Assembly: GCA_963577415.1 (NCBI GenBank)
Contig: CAUYYU010000002.1
Coordinates: 1 to 42,230, forward strand
DNA: 42,230 nt
Direction: 5' to 3'
Source: Chloroflexota bacterium
Lineage (GTDB): Bacteria > Chloroflexota > UBA11872 > VXNJ01
Below are positions 38,257 through 42,230 of this stretch, piece after piece. The notes under the pieces were generated by a model. It ran no database searches and was not told the origin of the DNA. It saw nothing but the letters and a program-made list of their open reading frames with translations. The position numbers and the translations under genes are program-made. Each line of letters starts with the position of its first letter. Position 1 is the stretch's first letter.

Positions 38257-38681
38257 TCCCATCCCTGAGTAGATCGGAAGGCCCGGTCCCGGACCGGCGG
38301 CTCGCCCCGTCCGCGACCATGGGATTAACGGCCATCCCCGGTCGCCCCCCCGAGGCTGGTGAGCAGGGCAAGCCAGATGCTGTCACGGACGCCCTGGTCA
38401 ACCTCGCCGGGGCTGGATTCTTGACGACCTCCGGCTCATCCAACGGGGCCGTGGTGATTGTGGACTTCATACTCACCGACGAGGCGCAGCGATATTTCGC
38501 CGAGTCCACATTTGAGTACCCGCTGGTCGAGGGAGTCGAGGCCACCCCCGGTATCTCACCGCTCGGTTCAATCCAGACGCCCGATGTGGATTTAAGCGAT
38601 TTTGAGGATTTGTCGGGTACGCTGCGCGTGCCGCAGGATGCCGGAGTCCTCGAAGGGATGAGAAGCCATGGCCGTCAGTAA
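38193..38681 (+). pseudogene. 3' fragment of an iron(III)/thiamine-type ABC solute-binding protein
   Basis: Only the last ~100 codons look SBP-like (VVIVDFILTDEAQRYFAESTFEYPLVEGV...DLSDFEDL). The 5' part overlaps the AKR gene and shows no SBP similarity or signal peptide. Confidence 0.5.
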
Positions 38682-40296
38682 CCGAGCCTTCGAGGCTCCC
38701 GGGCCACCGCAATCCTCCGGCGCCACCGCTCGCCGGGTTCCCTTGCTACTCGCGAGCCTTGCTTCTCTGGTGGGGGCCGCCGTATTGCTGCCGCTGGTCT
38801 ATTTGCTGGTACGGGCGATTCAGGGTGGATCGGCCCCGTGGGAATCGTTCCTTCGGATGCGCACCGTCGAGACACTTCTGGCCACCGCCCTGCTGGCCTT
38901 GGCCGTGACCGCCGCCACGATCCTGATCTCCCTGCCTCTGGCCTGGCTGTTCGCCCGTACCGATCTGCCGCGGCGCCGGACCTGGCTGATCCTGGCCATG
39001 TTGCCGCTTGCCATCCCGAGCTACGTGGCCGGGTTCGCGGTAATCGCCGGATTGGGCCCGCAGGGCTTCGTACATCAAGCATTAGAGGCGCTCTTCAGCC
39101 TGGGGGGAATTCCGGGGCTGACTGGCTTTCCCGGGGCGCTATTCACGTTGACCGTCATTTCGTACCCCTACGTGTTGATCACGACCACGGTCGCTCTGAC
39201 TCGGATCGATCCCGCCACCGAGGAGGCGGCCCGTTCGCTGGGCACCGGACCGTGGCGGACGTTCTTCACGGTGACGGTCCCGCAACTGCGACCGGCGCTT
39301 ACGGCCGGCGTCCTGCTGGTGGCGCTGTACACGCTCAGCGACTTCGGCGCTGTCTCCCTGATGCGGTTCAATTCCTTCACCCAGGTCATATACACCCAGT
39401 ACCAGGCTTCGTTCGACCGTTCGCTCGCGGCCCTGCTCGGTCTGCTGCTGGTGCTTTTGACCGTGGGGATTCTGGTTCTCGAACGGCGCACTAGGGGCAA
39501 GGCTCGCTTCTACAGGTCATCGGCGGGAACTCCGCCGCGGGCCCGCCTCATCCGGCTGGAGCGTTGGAAGTGGCCGGCCTTGATCTACTGCGGGGCGGTA
39601 ATCGTCGTCGCCCTCCTGATCCCAATCGGCACCCTGATTTACTGGTCCTTTCGAGGGGTCGGATCGGGAGCCGTCAACCCGGGCATCTGGACGGCGGCCG
39701 GTAATTCCGCGCTCGCGTCGGGATTGGCCGGATTCGCGGCCGTCGCGGCGGCTCTGCCAATCGCCGCCTTCGTCACCCGCTACCGCCGGCGTTTCAGCTC
39801 CTTGCTCGAAGGCATCGCATATTCCGGCTACGCCCTTCCGGGAGTGGTCCTTGCCCTGTCGTTGGTATTTTTCGCGGCGAATTACGCCTCCATCGTCTAC
39901 CAGAGTCTGTTTCTATTGGTCTTCGCCTACGTCGTGCGGTTCCTGCCGCAGGCGTTCGGTTCGATCAGGGCGTCGTTTCTGCAGGTCAGCCCGCGACTTG
40001 AAGAGTCTGCCCGTGCCGTGGGCCGCGGGAGGATCTCCGTGCTAAAAACCGTGACTATCCCGTTGATCCGTCCGGGTATCCTTACCGGGGGTGCGCTGGT
40101 GTTCCTGACCGCAATGAAGGAACTGCCGGCCACCCTGCTGCTGGGGCCAACCGGCTTCCAGACGCTGGCGACCCAGATATGGTCGGCGACCGACGAAGGA
40201 TTTTTCGCGGCGGCCGGTCCGGCGGCGCTGCTGCTGGTAGCTCTGGCTTCCCTCCCCATGATCCTCCTATTCCCACGGATGCAAGAAACAAGATGA
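38668..40296 (+). CDS. ABC transporter permease, duplicated two-domain (FbpB/ThiP-like)
   Basis: 542 aa, about 12 TM, with two EAA-loop regions (EEAARSLGTGPWRTFFTVTVPQLRPA and EESARAVGRGRISVLKTVTIPLIRPG). Confidence 0.8.
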   Translation: MAVSNRAFEAPGPPQSSGATARRVPLLLASLASLVGAAVLLPLVYLLVRAIQGGSAPWESFLRMRTVETLLATALLALAVTAATILISLPLAWLFARTDLPRRRTWLILAMLPLAIPSYVAGFAVIAGLGPQGFVHQALEALFSLGGIPGLTGFPGALFTLTVISYPYVLITTTVALTRIDPATEEAARSLGTGPWRTFFTVTVPQLRPALTAGVLLVALYTLSDFGAVSLMRFNSFTQVIYTQYQASFDRSLAALLGLLLVLLTVGILVLERRTRGKARFYRSSAGTPPRARLIRLERWKWPALIYCGAVIVVALLIPIGTLIYWSFRGVGSGAVNPGIWTAAGNSALASGLAGFAAVAAALPIAAFVTRYRRRFSSLLEGIAYSGYALPGVVLALSLVFFAANYASIVYQSLFLLVFAYVVRFLPQAFGSIRASFLQVSPRLEESARAVGRGRISVLKTVTIPLIRPGILTGGALVFLTAMKELPATLLLGPTGFQTLATQIWSATDEGFFAAAGPAALLLVALASLPMILLFPRMQETR

Positions 40297-41339
40297 ACGA
40301 CCCGGCGATCAGCTGCGACAGCGTCGACAAGCGGTTTGACGATACGATCGCGGTCCGCGGAATGACCTTCGACCTCCAGCGCGGGGAGCTGCTGAGCTTG
40401 CTGGGACCCAGCGGCTGTGGCAAGACCACCGCCCTGCGTCTCATCGCCGGATTCGAAATCCCCGACAGCGGCCGCATCCATGTGGGCGGCCAGGAAGTCG
40501 CCGGACCGGGCGTCAACCTGCCTCCGGAGCGACGCCGGGTGGGCATGGTGTTTCAGGACTACGCCCTGTTCCCCCACATGTCGCTGCGCGGCAACGTGGC
40601 CTACTCGCTGAAGAATGGCGAAAACCGCCGGGTGGACGATCTCCTAGACCTGGTCGGCCTCACCGGACTCGGCAGCCGGATGCCCCACGAGCTATCCGGC
40701 GGCGAACAGCAGCGCGGTGCTCTGGCTCGATCGCTCGCCGCGGAGCCCCAGGTGATCCTCCTCGACGAGCCCTTTTCCAACCTCGACGCGGCCCTCCGCT
40801 CCCATGTCAGGGCGGAGGTCCGGGAAATCCTGCGGGCCGCCAACGCCACGGCCATCTTCGTCACCCACGATATCGAGGAGGCTCTGAGCCTCACCGATCG
40901 AGTGGCCGTAATGTTCGACGGGGCGATCGAGCAGATAGCCACTCCTCGCGATCTGTACCGGCGGCCGGCCACCCGCCGGATCGCCGAATGGCTGGGCAAC
41001 GCCAATTTCATCCCTGCTGAGTCCAATGACGGAACGGTTGAATGCGAGCTCGGTCGCCTGAAATCCGAGGAAGAGCTGACCGGGCCGGTGGACCTCATGA
41101 TTCGTCCCGATTGGCTCACAATCGCCACTGCCGCAACCGGAAACGGGGTGGTCGCCGACCGGATTTTCTACGGTCACGACCAGCTCATTCGGGTCACTTT
41201 CGACACTGGCACATTAGTCCAGGTGCGGGTGCTCTCGGACGACGAATTCCTTCCCGGGCAGCGCGTGACCGTGGGGTGCCAGGGGCCGAACGTCGTCTTC
41301 CCGCGTCGAGAGCCGAACGGCGATGCTGGTCCTCGCTGA
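40293..41339 (+). CDS. ABC transporter ATP-binding protein with C-terminal TOBE-like domain
   Basis: ATG overlaps the permease stop (ATGA). Motifs are GPSGCGKTT, LSGGEQQR and ILLDEPFSNLD. Confidence 0.9.
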   Translation: MNDPAISCDSVDKRFDDTIAVRGMTFDLQRGELLSLLGPSGCGKTTALRLIAGFEIPDSGRIHVGGQEVAGPGVNLPPERRRVGMVFQDYALFPHMSLRGNVAYSLKNGENRRVDDLLDLVGLTGLGSRMPHELSGGEQQRGALARSLAAEPQVILLDEPFSNLDAALRSHVRAEVREILRAANATAIFVTHDIEEALSLTDRVAVMFDGAIEQIATPRDLYRRPATRRIAEWLGNANFIPAESNDGTVECELGRLKSEEELTGPVDLMIRPDWLTIATAATGNGVVADRIFYGHDQLIRVTFDTGTLVQVRVLSDDEFLPGQRVTVGCQGPNVVFPRREPNGDAGPR

Positions 41340-42230
41340 CGATGCCCATCTGAACCACGATCCTGGCTCGCATCTCGCCTACCCGGAAGTTCCCCGGCGC
41401 GTAACCAATATCCGGGAGGCGCTGTCCGCAGCTGGACTGGTCCCGGAAGAATTTCATTCTGAATCCGTAACCCCCTTGCTCGGAGTGCATCCCCCGGAGA
41501 TGCTCGCCTATTTCCGGGAGGCGTGCGCCGCGATCCCGGCCAGAGACACTCGCTACCCCAAAATCCATCGCAGCTCCGCTTCTGTCGATTCACCCCGAAC
41601 CGGGCGACCGCCGGGGTTTCGGCGTGGGTTCTGTTTCGACCAGACTCCGCTCACGTCCGGGACGCCGGCGGCGGCGTTGGCCGCCGCCAATCTCGCTCTG
41701 GAAGGCGCGGCCCGGCTTACGGGCTTAACCGATCGCGTCTACTGCCTGTGCCGCCCACCCGGCCACCACGCCGGCAGCGACTTTTTCGGCGGGTTCTGCT
41801 ACCTCAATAACGCCGCGCTGGCGGCGGATCGACTGTCGGAGGACGGGAAAGTGGCGATCCTGGACATCGACTATCACCACGGCAACGGCACCCAGGAAAT
41901 CTTCTACATCCGCGGTGACGTTCTCTACGTGTCCATCCACGCCCATCCGGCCTACGCATATCCGGGATTCAGCGGTCACGCCGACGAGACCGGGACCGGG
42001 TTGGGCGCCGATCACAATTTCAATCACCCGCTGGGGCCATCCAGCGGGGACGCGGAACTGCTGGCCGAGCTGCCGAAAGCCCTCGAGGAAATCTCGAAAT
42101 TCGACCCCTCGTTTCTGGTCGTCAGCCTCGGGACCGACATCGCCGCCGGCGATCCGATCGCTGACTGGTACGTGTCAGAAGAAGGCTTCAATCTGGCAGC
42201 CGAACAGATATCACGGCTGGGTCCGCCAAT
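41323..42230 (+). CDS. Histone deacetylase-family amidohydrolase (acetylpolyamine/acetoin-utilisation type), 3' end outside the window
   Basis: Frame is open from ATG 41323 to the window end, so it is absent from the ORF track. Motifs are CRPPGHHA, DIDYHHGNGTQ and SLGTDIAAGD. It overlaps the ATPase gene by 17 nt. Confidence 0.8.
   Translation, partial: MLVLADDAHLNHDPGSHLAYPEVPRRVTNIREALSAAGLVPEEFHSESVTPLLGVHPPEMLAYFREACAAIPARDTRYPKIHRSSASVDSPRTGRPPGFRRGFCFDQTPLTSGTPAAALAAANLALEGAARLTGLTDRVYCLCRPPGHHAGSDFFGGFCYLNNAALAADRLSEDGKVAILDIDYHHGNGTQEIFYIRGDVLYVSIHAHPAYAYPGFSGHADETGTGLGADHNFNHPLGPSSGDAELLAELPKALEEISKFDPSFLVVSLGTDIAAGDPIADWYVSEEGFNLAAEQISRLGPP

Overview
High-GC bacterial chromosomal window, roughly 60% GC by eye, with no rRNA or CRISPR. 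Most of it is intact housekeeping. This includes rplY/ctc, rpsP-KH-rimM-trmD, an orphan divergent groL, murD, smpB with its tmRNA, and tig-clpP-clpX. It also includes tRNA-Leu and tRNA-Gly, an Fe/Mn SOD, a TrkA/KtrA-like protein, class II RNR nrdJ, an ABC importer and a partial HDAC-family gene. Four things are not ordinary. (1) A subset of sensory, regulatory and envelope genes is broken by single in-frame stop codons and frameshifts, while more than 25 kb of housekeeping ORFs stay intact. The broken genes are a DUF4349/DUF11 protein, cheW, an OmpR-type response regulator, an ECF sigma factor with its anti-sigma/SBP neighbour, vsr and two truncated solute-binding proteins. (2) A 46-nt copy of the 3' half of tRNA-Gly (23433-23478) is a direct repeat of the intact tRNA-Gly (30204-30278). 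Together they bracket a ~6.7 kb island-like segment carrying two tandem paralogous giant YfhO/GT-C-like membrane proteins, decayed dcm/vsr remnants and an AT-rich perfect palindrome. No integrase is visible. (3) The clpP next to clpX encodes Asn at the catalytic Asp position. (4) Tandem NrdR-box-like palindromes with a TTGACA -35 lie ~450 bp upstream of nrdJ, with an uncharacterised ORF or leader in between. I did not recognise a complete, clearly novel multi-gene system such as a defence system. The findings below are the leads I can support from the sequence. All homology calls come from motif recognition by eye, not from searches.
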